A program made the position numbers and the translations under genes. Below, piece after piece: positions 48,753 to 58,103 of a DNA stretch of 64,000 nucleotides. The stretch covers positions 64,001 through 128,000 of IMG/VR virus record IMGVR_UViG_3300023179_000013; one strand, 5' to 3'. Position 1 is the stretch's first letter, and the number at the start of each line of letters is the position of its first letter. The notes beneath the pieces are model-generated. The model ran no database searches. It saw only the letters and a list, made by a program, of their open reading frames with translations, and was not told where the DNA came from. This DNA is from a virus.

Positions 48753-49388
48753 ATGGAACTATTAAAGAAATCAAACGGCAATTTAGCTCGTACACCAGAG
48801 CAGGTAGAACAGATGATTGAAAAAGCATCTGAAGCATATGCTCAATTCCTTACAGCAGTAGGATTTGATTATAAAGCAGATAGACAAACAGTAGATACTC
48901 CTCGTCGTGTAGCTAAAGCATGGCTTAAGGATCTTATTGTAGGTAGTATTACTGATGAACCTAACATTACAGTATTCCCTAATGATGATGGGTACAAAGG
49001 ATTAGTAATCCAATCAGGTATTCCTATTGTTAGTATGTGTGCTCACCACAACTTAGCATTTACAGGGTATGCTACCTTAGCATATGTTCCAGGTGAACAA
49101 GTAATTGGATTAAGTAAGTTGAATCGTATTGTAGAATGGTTCTCACGTCGTCCACAGATGCAAGAATCGCTTACACAGCAAATCCACGATTACTTAGCTA
49201 CCAAAATGGATTGTCCGTCTGTAGCAGTTAGTATTGCTTGTAAACACACATGCTGCTCACATCGTGGTATTAAACATCCATCTGTAATGACTACAAATAA
49301 ATTTAGTGGTGTGTTTATGGAAAAGGATAATTTGATCCGTGAAGAATTCCTTCACGCAATTGAAGTTAACGGAACTAAAATGAAATAA
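48753..49388 (+). CDS. folE: GTP cyclohydrolase I
   Basis: TPRRVAK, SMCAHH, GLSKLNR, RPQMQE, HTCCSHRG; start moved to the ATG at 48753. Confidence 0.93.
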   Translation: MELLKKSNGNLARTPEQVEQMIEKASEAYAQFLTAVGFDYKADRQTVDTPRRVAKAWLKDLIVGSITDEPNITVFPNDDGYKGLVIQSGIPIVSMCAHHNLAFTGYATLAYVPGEQVIGLSKLNRIVEWFSRRPQMQESLTQQIHDYLATKMDCPSVAVSIACKHTCCSHRGIKHPSVMTTNKFSGVFMEKDNLIREEFLHAIEVNGTKMK

Positions 49389-49389
49389 T

Positions 49390-49551
49390 ATGCAACCTAA
49401 AGAATCAAAATCAAATTGGCATTTCTGGATTAGTTTTGTTAAATCTTGTATTAGAATATTTGCGGGCTGTGCTATTATAGGTCAAAGCCTAGTAGCAGCA
49501 GGTGTTAGCTTAATTCTAGCTGAGTTTTTAGGTATTATTGAAGAATTATAA
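49390..49551 (+). CDS. Small membrane protein (53 aa, ...HFWISFVKSCIRI...AEFLGIIEEL), absent from the ORF track
   Basis: Hydrophobic ORF filling the gap between folE and the dUTPase-like gene. Confidence 0.7.
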   Translation: MQPKESKSNWHFWISFVKSCIRIFAGCAIIGQSLVAAGVSLILAEFLGIIEEL

Positions 49552-49560
49552 AATAAAAAT

Positions 49561-50079
49561 ATGTTAAACGCACAACAAATATTAGACGAAGGATTATTGC
49601 GCCTTGAACGCGCTCAAGGTAAACCAGCTCAAGTTGGTTATGATCTTACCTTAAAGCAAGTTAATGCAGTAGGCAATAAAAGAGATATGGCTAGTCATCG
49701 TATTGGTAAAGTATTAAAAGATAAAACACAACTTACTAACTATGAACCATATGGCTTGATTAATTTAGATGGAGTAACAGGTTGGTTATTATATGAAGGT
49801 GTATATGACATCACATTCAATGAAGGATGTAAAATCCCAGATAATCGTGTAGCATTTATTAAACAACGCTCATCCCTGTACCGCAACGGTGCAATTATTA
49901 ACAGCCCGGTATTTGATCCAGGGTTTGAAACTGAATTTATGGGCACATTAATGTATGTTCATTGTCCAATATTCATTGAGGAAAATGCCAGAGTAGCCCA
50001 AATCTACTTCCACGAATGTACACCAGCTGAAAAGTATGATGGTCAGTGGCAAAATGATAAGCAACGAGCTTCATTATAA
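49561..50079 (+). CDS. dCTP deaminase/dUTPase-family protein
   Basis: GYDLT, RSSL.R.G, FDPGF, RVAQI.F, YDGQWQ. Confidence 0.85.
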   Translation: MLNAQQILDEGLLRLERAQGKPAQVGYDLTLKQVNAVGNKRDMASHRIGKVLKDKTQLTNYEPYGLINLDGVTGWLLYEGVYDITFNEGCKIPDNRVAFIKQRSSLYRNGAIINSPVFDPGFETEFMGTLMYVHCPIFIEENARVAQIYFHECTPAEKYDGQWQNDKQRASL

Positions 50080-50096
50080 GAAGCATATTTATATGC

Positions 50097-50831
50097 ATGC
50101 CATTAACATTATCAAATACAAGCGGAGCAGGTAATTTTACATTAGTTAATAATAGCAATAGTGGTAGACTTAGTATGTCTATCACTAATGCTATAGTTAC
50201 TAACGGACTTACTTTACAATTAGATGCTAATAACTCTACATCATATCCTGGCTCAGGAACTACATGGTATGATTTAGCAGGCACACAACAAAACATTACA
50301 CTTGTTGGTACACCAACATATACGGCCGCAGCGCCATCATATTTTACTTTTAATGGCTCAACACAAAGAGGTTCAGGAACAGGTGCTGTATTATCATCAA
50401 CAAGCTATACTAAATGTGTATGGTTCTATTTAAACTCATATGTTGATAATAATATAGTAAGCAGTGATGTAGGTGGACATTATATGTTTTTCCAAGGAGG
50501 AAATAAAATGTATAATGGTCATTCTAACTGGACTGGATTTCCAAGTAACTATCCATCAACAGCTACATTTAGTTTAAATACATGGTACAATGCAGCACTT
50601 ACATTTAATACAACTGATGGAATGAAACTTTATATTAATGGTGCATTAGATAGTTCTTATACTACAATTAAAACAGCATTTACAGGAGATGGCTCAACAA
50701 ATATAGCAGCTTATGGAGCAGGTAATTTATTAAATGGTAGAATAGCTAAAGTTTACTGCTATAATGTATCTCTAACAGCCGCTGAAGTTTTACAAAACTA
50801 TAATGCTGATAAAGCAAAATTTGGATTGTAA
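50097..50831 (+). CDS. Orphan LamG-like lectin-domain protein 4
   Basis: LDANNSTSYPGSGTTWYDL...YNVSLTAAEVLQNYNA; has its own ATATTTATA motif. Confidence 0.82.
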   Translation: MPLTLSNTSGAGNFTLVNNSNSGRLSMSITNAIVTNGLTLQLDANNSTSYPGSGTTWYDLAGTQQNITLVGTPTYTAAAPSYFTFNGSTQRGSGTGAVLSSTSYTKCVWFYLNSYVDNNIVSSDVGGHYMFFQGGNKMYNGHSNWTGFPSNYPSTATFSLNTWYNAALTFNTTDGMKLYINGALDSSYTTIKTAFTGDGSTNIAAYGAGNLLNGRIAKVYCYNVSLTAAEVLQNYNADKAKFGL

Positions 50832-50869
50832 TTTGACTTCGTCAAAATAAATTCGTATATTTAAGGGTT

Positions 50870-53443
50870 ATGTATCAAGCAATTTACTACGATAGATCTA
50901 CTTACACTTATCATCTGCGTGATGATGAAAAAGGATGGCTTGACTTCAAGTACACTCCTGAATTATATCAGATTACACCTAATGGTCCTTTAAAGACATT
51001 AGATGATAAACGTGCTACTCCAACTGAAAAATATAATTGGAAAGATACCTCATTATACGAGCAAGACGTTGATAGATGTACTCGTGTACTGATTGATCTC
51101 TATAAGGACAGTGACGATACTGCCAAATATCAAAACATAGTATACTTCGATATTGAGTGTGAAATTGGTGGAACTCTAACTACTGAGTACATTAAAACAG
51201 CTCCTATGAAGATGACCTCAGTAGCTGTATACGATAATACAACTCAAAAGTATTACTGTTTAATCCTAGATGAAAAGAAACAGCTGAGCTATATAAATGA
51301 AAATAATAGGGAAATTAGACCATTCGATACTGAAGCTGAAATGCTAGCTGATTTCCTTAATCTATGGGAAGAGTTAGATCCAACTATCATCACAGGATGG
51401 AATAGTGGATTCTTCGATGTGCCTTACATGTACTATAGAATGTGTAATGTATTAGGCAAAGAACAAGCTGCTCGTCTATCACCACTTCGCAAACTAAACT
51501 TTACTGAATGGGATACTGCTCAACCAATTGAGCTAGCAGGTATTAATCATCTTGATTATATGTTGCTATTTAAAAAGTTCATTGTAAAGCAAGAACCATC
51601 CTATAAATTAGATGATATAGGAGAAAAATACGTTAAATTAAATAAGATAGAGTACGAGGGATCACTTGATAGATTATTTCAAACTGATATAAATAAATTC
51701 ATTCAATATAACTTACGAGACGTAGAAATTATACTTGAGTTAGAAAAGAAACTCAAATTCATTGATTTAACAGTTGCTATCTGTCATCTATGTCACGTAC
51801 CATATGAACAGATCTATTTATCAACTGTATTAAATGATGGAGCTATATTGACATATCTTAAACGTCAAGACATAGTATCACCAAATAAACCAACTACAAT
51901 CAACCCATCACTTAAAGAAGCTACTGGTGATGAATATGCTGGTGGGTACTTAAAAGAACCTACTCCTGGATTATATCAATGGGTTATTGACTTGGACTTT
52001 ACATCTCTATACCCTTCAATCATCCGTTCACTCAATATTGGTATTGAAACGTTAGTTGGTAGAATAGTTAATAGTGGTAAATACGATAACCAATGGACAT
52101 ATGCTGAACTAAAGCAAATGGATCCTGATGATGTAGCAGTTATTGAAAAATTAAATACTAATTTCACTACCTCCAGAACACAAGTATCAGTAGGTAAGTT
52201 AGTTCAAATGATTGAAAACAATAATTGGATTACCTCAGCATCAGGTGCAATATTCAGAACAGATAAATCATCAGTAGTATGTGATGTATTAACTGACTGG
52301 TTCAATAAGCGCGTTGAATATAAAAATAAAATGAAACAAGCTTATAAATCAGGTGATGCGGCTATGGGTGAATTTTACAACCGCAGACAACACGCTTATA
52401 AGATTAAACTAAACGACGTTTATGGCTGCTACGCAATCAACGGCTGGCGCTATACAGATGGACATAAGATCATTTCGTCTGCTATTACGCTTACTGGTCA
52501 ACGAGTTACTCAAGAATCAATTAAGTTTGTAAATAAATGGATGAATGATAAGCTAGGTACTGAAGATAAAGATTACGTTGTAACATCAGATACCGATTCA
52601 TTATTCATTCAAGTTAAGGATCTATTAACTGCTGATACAAATGATAAAGCAGCTGTAATTAAAAACATATTAGAGATTGCTACTGAAGTTCAAAAAGCAG
52701 CAAATGCATTTATTGGACAATTCGCTATTGAAGCATTTAATCTAAATGAGCGTGAGCATTACTTCGAATTAAAGCAAGAGGTAATTATTGAAAGGGGTTA
52801 TTTTGCTGGTAAACGTCGCTACGCAATGTTGATTGTAAATAAGGAAGGTGTTGACACTGAAGAGATGATTATGATGGGATTAGATCTAATGAAATCTAAT
52901 ATGCCTCCACTATATAAGAAATTCGGTCAAAATTTACTAACCGAAATCATGCGCGGTAAACCTAAAGCTGAAATCGATAAACAAATTATTGATTTTAAAG
53001 TATCGCTAGATCAATTACCTTGGGAAGACATTGCTAAACCAACTGGCGTTAAACAAATTAATTCATATATTGCTAAACGACCATCACCAGGTGAAATATT
53101 TAGTGAATTTAAATTAAAAGCCCCAATTAATACAAAATCAGCAGTATATTATAATGATTTACTTAAATTTAAAAAATTAGACAAGAAATATTCAAGATTC
53201 GTAGAAGGCGATAAGATGAAATATGTATCGTTGAAACCAAATCCCTATAACATAGATACACTTGGCTTTAGAGGTAATGGTGAAGATCCTGAATTTATAC
53301 TTGACTTTATAAACAAATATGTTGATAGAGAAGAAGCATTCAATTCAGTACTACTAAACAAACTAACAGGTGTATTTAATGACTTAGGATGGGATTTCCC
53401 AGTTTTAAACTCAAAAATTAACAAATTCTTTAAATTTATGTAG
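50870..53443 (+). CDS. Family B DNA polymerase (gp43-like)
   Basis: Exonuclease motifs DIE, GWN..FD, YN..D; polymerase motifs DFTSLYPSII, KIKLNDVYG, SDTDS, KRRY. Confidence 0.97.
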   Translation: MYQAIYYDRSTYTYHLRDDEKGWLDFKYTPELYQITPNGPLKTLDDKRATPTEKYNWKDTSLYEQDVDRCTRVLIDLYKDSDDTAKYQNIVYFDIECEIGGTLTTEYIKTAPMKMTSVAVYDNTTQKYYCLILDEKKQLSYINENNREIRPFDTEAEMLADFLNLWEELDPTIITGWNSGFFDVPYMYYRMCNVLGKEQAARLSPLRKLNFTEWDTAQPIELAGINHLDYMLLFKKFIVKQEPSYKLDDIGEKYVKLNKIEYEGSLDRLFQTDINKFIQYNLRDVEIILELEKKLKFIDLTVAICHLCHVPYEQIYLSTVLNDGAILTYLKRQDIVSPNKPTTINPSLKEATGDEYAGGYLKEPTPGLYQWVIDLDFTSLYPSIIRSLNIGIETLVGRIVNSGKYDNQWTYAELKQMDPDDVAVIEKLNTNFTTSRTQVSVGKLVQMIENNNWITSASGAIFRTDKSSVVCDVLTDWFNKRVEYKNKMKQAYKSGDAAMGEFYNRRQHAYKIKLNDVYGCYAINGWRYTDGHKIISSAITLTGQRVTQESIKFVNKWMNDKLGTEDKDYVVTSDTDSLFIQVKDLLTADTNDKAAVIKNILEIATEVQKAANAFIGQFAIEAFNLNEREHYFELKQEVIIERGYFAGKRRYAMLIVNKEGVDTEEMIMMGLDLMKSNMPPLYKKFGQNLLTEIMRGKPKAEIDKQIIDFKVSLDQLPWEDIAKPTGVKQINSYIAKRPSPGEIFSEFKLKAPINTKSAVYYNDLLKFKKLDKKYSRFVEGDKMKYVSLKPNPYNIDTLGFRGNGEDPEFILDFINKYVDREEAFNSVLLNKLTGVFNDLGWDFPVLNSKINKFFKFM

Positions 53444-53445
53444 CA

Positions 53446-53682
53446 ATGATACGCCTAAACCAAAGTCACCATCAAATTAGAATAGACACAACAATTAAAA
53501 TAATTGAAAAAGATGGTACTGAGGTTACAGCGCCTGTAGTAGTACTGATAGGACTAAATAAAATTGAAGAAAAAGATCAATATAATTTTTATAAAATAGC
53601 TAATAAGTTATTTAATAAAGATTTTACATTAGACAGACGATCAAAACCACAACCTACTAAACCCTGGTATAAATTTTGGTAA
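53446..53682 (+). CDS. Hypothetical protein
   Basis: 78 aa; ends KPWYKFW. Confidence 0.6.
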   Translation: MIRLNQSHHQIRIDTTIKIIEKDGTEVTAPVVVLIGLNKIEEKDQYNFYKIANKLFNKDFTLDRRSKPQPTKPWYKFW

Positions 53683-53710
53683 GTCAAAATAAAGGTTATA
53701 TATTCATTCA

Positions 53711-54049
53711 ATGCATTTATTAAAAGGTTTCATATTCGGATTATTAGCTCAAATTATTACATTTCTTCAATTACAAGGTCAACTTAAAATTGATTGGATA
53801 AAAAATAATATGTGGTTTGGTATATTAATGGGATTACCAATATCCTTTCTATTCATGATGTCTGTTAAGAATTTCGTAGAAGCATTTGATGGACAAATAT
53901 GGCCATCACGACTAATTGGATTTGGAATAGGTGTAGTGACATTCACTGTTATGTCTCATTATATGTTTAGAGAACCACTAACACCTAAAACACTTATTTG
54001 TTTGGGCTTAGGAACCTTAATAGTTTTAATTCAAATACTCTGGAAATGA
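53711..54049 (+). CDS. Small multi-pass membrane protein
   Basis: About four hydrophobic segments. Confidence 0.75.
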   Translation: MHLLKGFIFGLLAQIITFLQLQGQLKIDWIKNNMWFGILMGLPISFLFMMSVKNFVEAFDGQIWPSRLIGFGIGVVTFTVMSHYMFREPLTPKTLICLGLGTLIVLIQILWK

Positions 54050-54771
54050 AAAAATTATATTTAGAAGACGTTATTGAAAAATATTACCTGAATGGTTTAG
54101 TTGAACGTGTTAAAATCGATGTAGTCGATAAAACACTAACAACTAAATTTATCTCTAATCAAAAAAATCTAGTAGGAACACTATGTGCTCCTAACATTGA
54201 AATTGATGATTGTGAGTTTGGAGTATATGACACTACTCAATTATTAAAATTGATTGGCATTACTGACCACTTCCTAACATTAGAGGTTGAAAAACAAGGT
54301 AAAATAGCATCAAAGTTACTCATTGCTGACAATGAATATAATCTAGAATATGCACTAGCAGATACAATGCTAACACCATCAGTACCCAGTATTGATGAAC
54401 CAGTATACCAATTAGTAGCTGATCTCAGCATGGATTTCGTTATTAAATTCCTCAAAGCAGGTAAAGCACTAGGTACCGAAGTGTTTGCTATTGAACAATC
54501 AACTGATGTTGATAATAATCCAGCAATTAAATTCACATTAGGTGGCACAGAAGGACACACAAATAAAATCAACTTCACAATCCAAGCAGCAGTATCCAGT
54601 GTACCAGGTTCAATTATCAAATTCCCTATTGCTGAATTTAGTGCAATATTAGCCGCAAATAAAGAATTTGAAAAAGGTACATTGAGTGTAAATGAAGACG
54701 GATTATTGAAAATTGAATTCAACAACAAAGAAGGTGTAAATTCTTGCTACTTGCTTGTCGGGAAGGAATAA
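54046..54771 (+). CDS. Sliding clamp (gp45-like)
   Basis: About 240 aa; FGVYDT..LL; C-terminal GLLKIEF....YLLV; lies near PolB and the clamp loader. Confidence 0.65.
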   Translation: MKKLYLEDVIEKYYLNGLVERVKIDVVDKTLTTKFISNQKNLVGTLCAPNIEIDDCEFGVYDTTQLLKLIGITDHFLTLEVEKQGKIASKLLIADNEYNLEYALADTMLTPSVPSIDEPVYQLVADLSMDFVIKFLKAGKALGTEVFAIEQSTDVDNNPAIKFTLGGTEGHTNKINFTIQAAVSSVPGSIIKFPIAEFSAILAANKEFEKGTLSVNEDGLLKIEFNNKEGVNSCYLLVGKE

Positions 54772-54802
54772 TTTCACATACGTATATACGACATAACAAA
54801 AG

Positions 54803-55303
54803 GTACGACAGGCCTCAGTTATGTATTAAATAACCGCTCACCTTAGGGGGGCATAAAATAAAATAAAATGACACAAATTCAACGTTGGGCAATGGACCCA
54901 TTCGACATCGTTTGGAAAAATTTCTTCGATGCAAATTCACAATTCAACACAATTGACAACAAAATCAACTACCCAGTTGACATCTACGAAACAGAAGATG
55001 GTTTACGATTCGAGCTTGCCGTAGTTGGCCTCGATAAAGAAGATCTAGACATTCACACAGACGGAGATACGCTACGTGTATCACACGAAAGACAACAAGA
55101 ACAAGAACGCTCTTACATCCAAAGAGGAATTGCTAAACGCTCGTTTGATTTGGCTTGGAAAGTTGCTTTAAAATTTGATTTAAACAAACTTGAAGCTAAA
55201 TTAGATAAGGGTCTGCTTATTATTGATATCCCTTATGCGGATGAAAAAGCACCTAAAAAGGTAAAGATTAAATAAGTTTTGAAATTAAGAAGGCCTGTCG
55301 TAC
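54803..55303. repeat. 13-bp inverted repeat pair bracketing hsp20
   Basis: GTACGACAGGCCT (54803-54815) and AGGCCTGTCGTAC (55291-55303). Confidence 0.85.
54868..55275 (+). CDS. Small heat-shock protein (Hsp20)
   Basis: YPVDIYE, RGIAKRSF, AKLDKGLL.I.IP, C-terminal VKI. Confidence 0.93.
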   Translation: MTQIQRWAMDPFDIVWKNFFDANSQFNTIDNKINYPVDIYETEDGLRFELAVVGLDKEDLDIHTDGDTLRVSHERQQEQERSYIQRGIAKRSFDLAWKVALKFDLNKLEAKLDKGLLIIDIPYADEKAPKKVKIK

Positions 55304-55331
55304 ATTTTATTTAATTGAAAAAATACTGAAA

Positions 55332-55622
55332 ATGAAAATAAAACCATTACACAATCACGTTGTGATCAAACAACAAGATGAAACTGAAACAATGTATGGA
55401 AACATCATTGTACCTGATGCAGGTAAAGAAAAACCACTAATGGGTGAAGTAATTGCTACTGGACCTGGATTGGTTAACTTTCATGGAAATTTAATTCCAA
55501 ATGAGGTACCTGTAGGTGCTGTAGTAGTGTTTCCTGCGTTTGGTGGGCAGCGTATTACAGTTAAGGGCGATGAATATATCGTAATGAAGGAACAAGATTT
55601 ATTAGCAATAATTGAAGAATAA
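55332..55622 (+). CDS. groES: Co-chaperonin GroES
   Basis: IKPLHNHVVIK, GNIIVPD..KEKP..GEVIATGPG. Confidence 0.93.
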   Translation: MKIKPLHNHVVIKQQDETETMYGNIIVPDAGKEKPLMGEVIATGPGLVNFHGNLIPNEVPVGAVVVFPAFGGQRITVKGDEYIVMKEQDLLAIIEE

Positions 55623-55834
55623 TGGCGTTAGTATCTGTAGAATATCATCTTGAAACATGGGAGGAATTTGTTGAATTTTGGAAATCAGACAAAATAGTAT
55701 TCCGTGAAAAAAATATATTTGAGGATGAAAAAGGAAAGAAATGGTACAGATTATATAACGAACCTACATTAAAATATCTTAGAGAAAAAATGTTAAGAGA
55801 CATTGAATATTTAAACAATAAAGTAAATGAGTAA
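55622..55834 (+). CDS. Hypothetical protein inserted between groES and groEL
   Basis: 70-aa ORF overlapping both neighbours. Confidence 0.6.
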   Translation: MALVSVEYHLETWEEFVEFWKSDKIVFREKNIFEDEKGKKWYRLYNEPTLKYLREKMLRDIEYLNNKVNE

Positions 55835-57455
55835 AATAATTAAATTTGATAGAGAAGCTAAAGAAAAGCTTCAAGCCGGTATTGACAAGGTCAATAATGC
55901 CGTTTCTGTTACAATGGGTCCTTATGGCCGTAACGTATTAATTGAAAAAGAACACGGGCAAGTAGCATCAACTAAAGATGGTGTTACTGTTGCTAAAACA
56001 ATTGTGTTAGAAGATCCAATTGAAAACATGGCTGCTACTGTTATTAAGCAAGCAGCTCAAAAAACAGTAGATGCTGCTGGTGATGGTACTACAACATCAA
56101 CAGTATTAGCTCACGCTATTGCCTCTCAAGCATTGCTAGCAACGTCTTATGCTTCAACAAATGCCACTCAAATAAAGCGTGGTATTGAAGAGGCTGTTAA
56201 GCAAGTAGTAGCTGAGTTGAAAGAAATGTCTACACCTATTACTGATGAAAAGCAAATTAAACAAATTGCTACTCTATCAGCTAACGGAGATGAGGAGATT
56301 GGTAACTTGGTAGCTACCGCTATTGAAAAAGTGGGCAGGGATGGAGTTGTTACTGTTGAAGAGTCTCGTACAGGCGAAACATCACTTGAGATTGTGGAAG
56401 GTATGCAATTCGATCGTGGTTACAAATCCCCTTACATGGTGACAGACAATAATACAATGACAGCAGTATTAGATGAACCATTGTTATTGATTGTAGATAG
56501 CCGAATTACCCAAGTAAAAGATTTACTTCCAATCCTCGAATCAGTATCTCAGCAGAATAAATCACTCTTTATTGTAGCTGAAGATATCGATGGTGAAGCA
56601 CTTGCTACATTGATTGTAAATAAAATGAGAGGTGCTCTTAAAGTAGCTGCTGTTAAAGCACCTGACTTTGGAGATCGCCGAACATTGATTTTAGAAGATA
56701 TCGCTACATTAACAGGTGGTACTGTAGTATCATCTCAAAAAGGTATGCGTTTGGATAAATTCAATAAAGATTGGTTTGGACAAGCTCGTACTATTACTGT
56801 AGGTAAAGAAACAACTACTATTGTTGATGGTAGAGGTGATGCTGATAAGATTGAAGCTCGTATTGTAGAATTAAAAACACAAATTGATGCTTCAACATCA
56901 CCATATGAAATTGAGCGTTTGCAAGATCGCTTAGCTAAGATGGTTGGTGGTGTAGCTATCATTAACGTAGGTGGTGGTACTGAAATCGAAATGAAAGAAA
57001 AGAAAGATCGCCTTGATGATGCTTTACAAGCAACTAAAGCAGCACTTGATGAAGGTATTTTACCTGGTGCTGGTGTTGCTCTATTTAAAGCCAAAGACAT
57101 TATTACAGGTATAGATAATACAGATTTTGGTAAAGGACGTAAAATAGTATTCCAGGCGTGCTCCTCACCATTCACTCAAATCTTAACTAATGCTGGTGAA
57201 GATGCTAATGAATGGAGTGGTAAATGGAGTAAATTCTTCAAAACTGAAAACACTGTTCCTGATATTACTAACAACACCATAGTAAATGCATTTGATTCAG
57301 GTATTATAGACCCAACCAAAGTAGTACGCTCAGCACTTGAAAATGCCGCTGCCGCTGCAGTAACATTACTTATGACTGAGTGTGTTATCCATGAAAAAGT
57401 AGATAAGGATAAAAAACCTGCCGCTAATGATTTCGGAATGGATTTAGGAATGTAA
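55827..57455 (+). CDS. groEL: Chaperonin GroEL
   Basis: TKDGVTVA, AGDGTTT, GMQFDRGY, KAPDFGDRR, GIIDPTKV. Confidence 0.97.
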   Translation: MSKIIKFDREAKEKLQAGIDKVNNAVSVTMGPYGRNVLIEKEHGQVASTKDGVTVAKTIVLEDPIENMAATVIKQAAQKTVDAAGDGTTTSTVLAHAIASQALLATSYASTNATQIKRGIEEAVKQVVAELKEMSTPITDEKQIKQIATLSANGDEEIGNLVATAIEKVGRDGVVTVEESRTGETSLEIVEGMQFDRGYKSPYMVTDNNTMTAVLDEPLLLIVDSRITQVKDLLPILESVSQQNKSLFIVAEDIDGEALATLIVNKMRGALKVAAVKAPDFGDRRTLILEDIATLTGGTVVSSQKGMRLDKFNKDWFGQARTITVGKETTTIVDGRGDADKIEARIVELKTQIDASTSPYEIERLQDRLAKMVGGVAIINVGGGTEIEMKEKKDRLDDALQATKAALDEGILPGAGVALFKAKDIITGIDNTDFGKGRKIVFQACSSPFTQILTNAGEDANEWSGKWSKFFKTENTVPDITNNTIVNAFDSGIIDPTKVVRSALENAAAAAVTLLMTECVIHEKVDKDKKPAANDFGMDLGM

Positions 57456-57456
57456 T

Positions 57457-58068
57457 ATGGATGTACATTATATTTGGATAGGGGGGAGTGAAATACCTAA
57501 TAACTATTTAGTCAACTATCAAAAATGTGTTCAGTTAAATCCTTATTTTAATTTTAAAATATGGAGAAATGAAGAATGCTTACAATTAGTTGAAGAATAT
57601 GGTTTAATAGAAATTTTCACTCCCTTATCTTTTATATGTAAATATAATTTAATAAAATATCTTATATTACATAAATTCGGAGGAATATACACTGATTTTG
57701 ATATACTATGGAAACAACCATTTTCTTTAATAATTAAAGATTATGAATTCCACAACACAGATATTATATTAACTACTGTTCCCCCTATGAATTATTTAGA
57801 TGATCCGTTTATAATAAGTAAATCTAATATTTTTGGAGGATGTATATCATATTGCAAAAATAAAGACAAAAGTAAATGGCAGTATGATGGAGATTTATAT
57901 ATAAAAACAGGAAAACTAGAAATACATAAAGCAGAACCATTTGGGCCATTTAGCTTATCAGAATGGATTGATTTATATAAAATAAATTTTAAATGTTTTC
58001 CACAAAAATCATTTCTAGATAATAACGGATTATATGGTGACCATCAACAAGTAAATACTTGGAAATAA
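57457..58068 (+). CDS. Glycosyltransferase, GT32/DXD sugar-binding type
   Basis: VHYIWIG, GGIYTDFD, FGP; very AT-rich. Confidence 0.8.
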   Translation: MDVHYIWIGGSEIPNNYLVNYQKCVQLNPYFNFKIWRNEECLQLVEEYGLIEIFTPLSFICKYNLIKYLILHKFGGIYTDFDILWKQPFSLIIKDYEFHNTDIILTTVPPMNYLDDPFIISKSNIFGGCISYCKNKDKSKWQYDGDLYIKTGKLEIHKAEPFGPFSLSEWIDLYKINFKCFPQKSFLDNNGLYGDHQQVNTWK

Positions 58069-58103
58069 TTTGAAAGGCATAATAAAAGTCATATATTTAA
58101 GTT

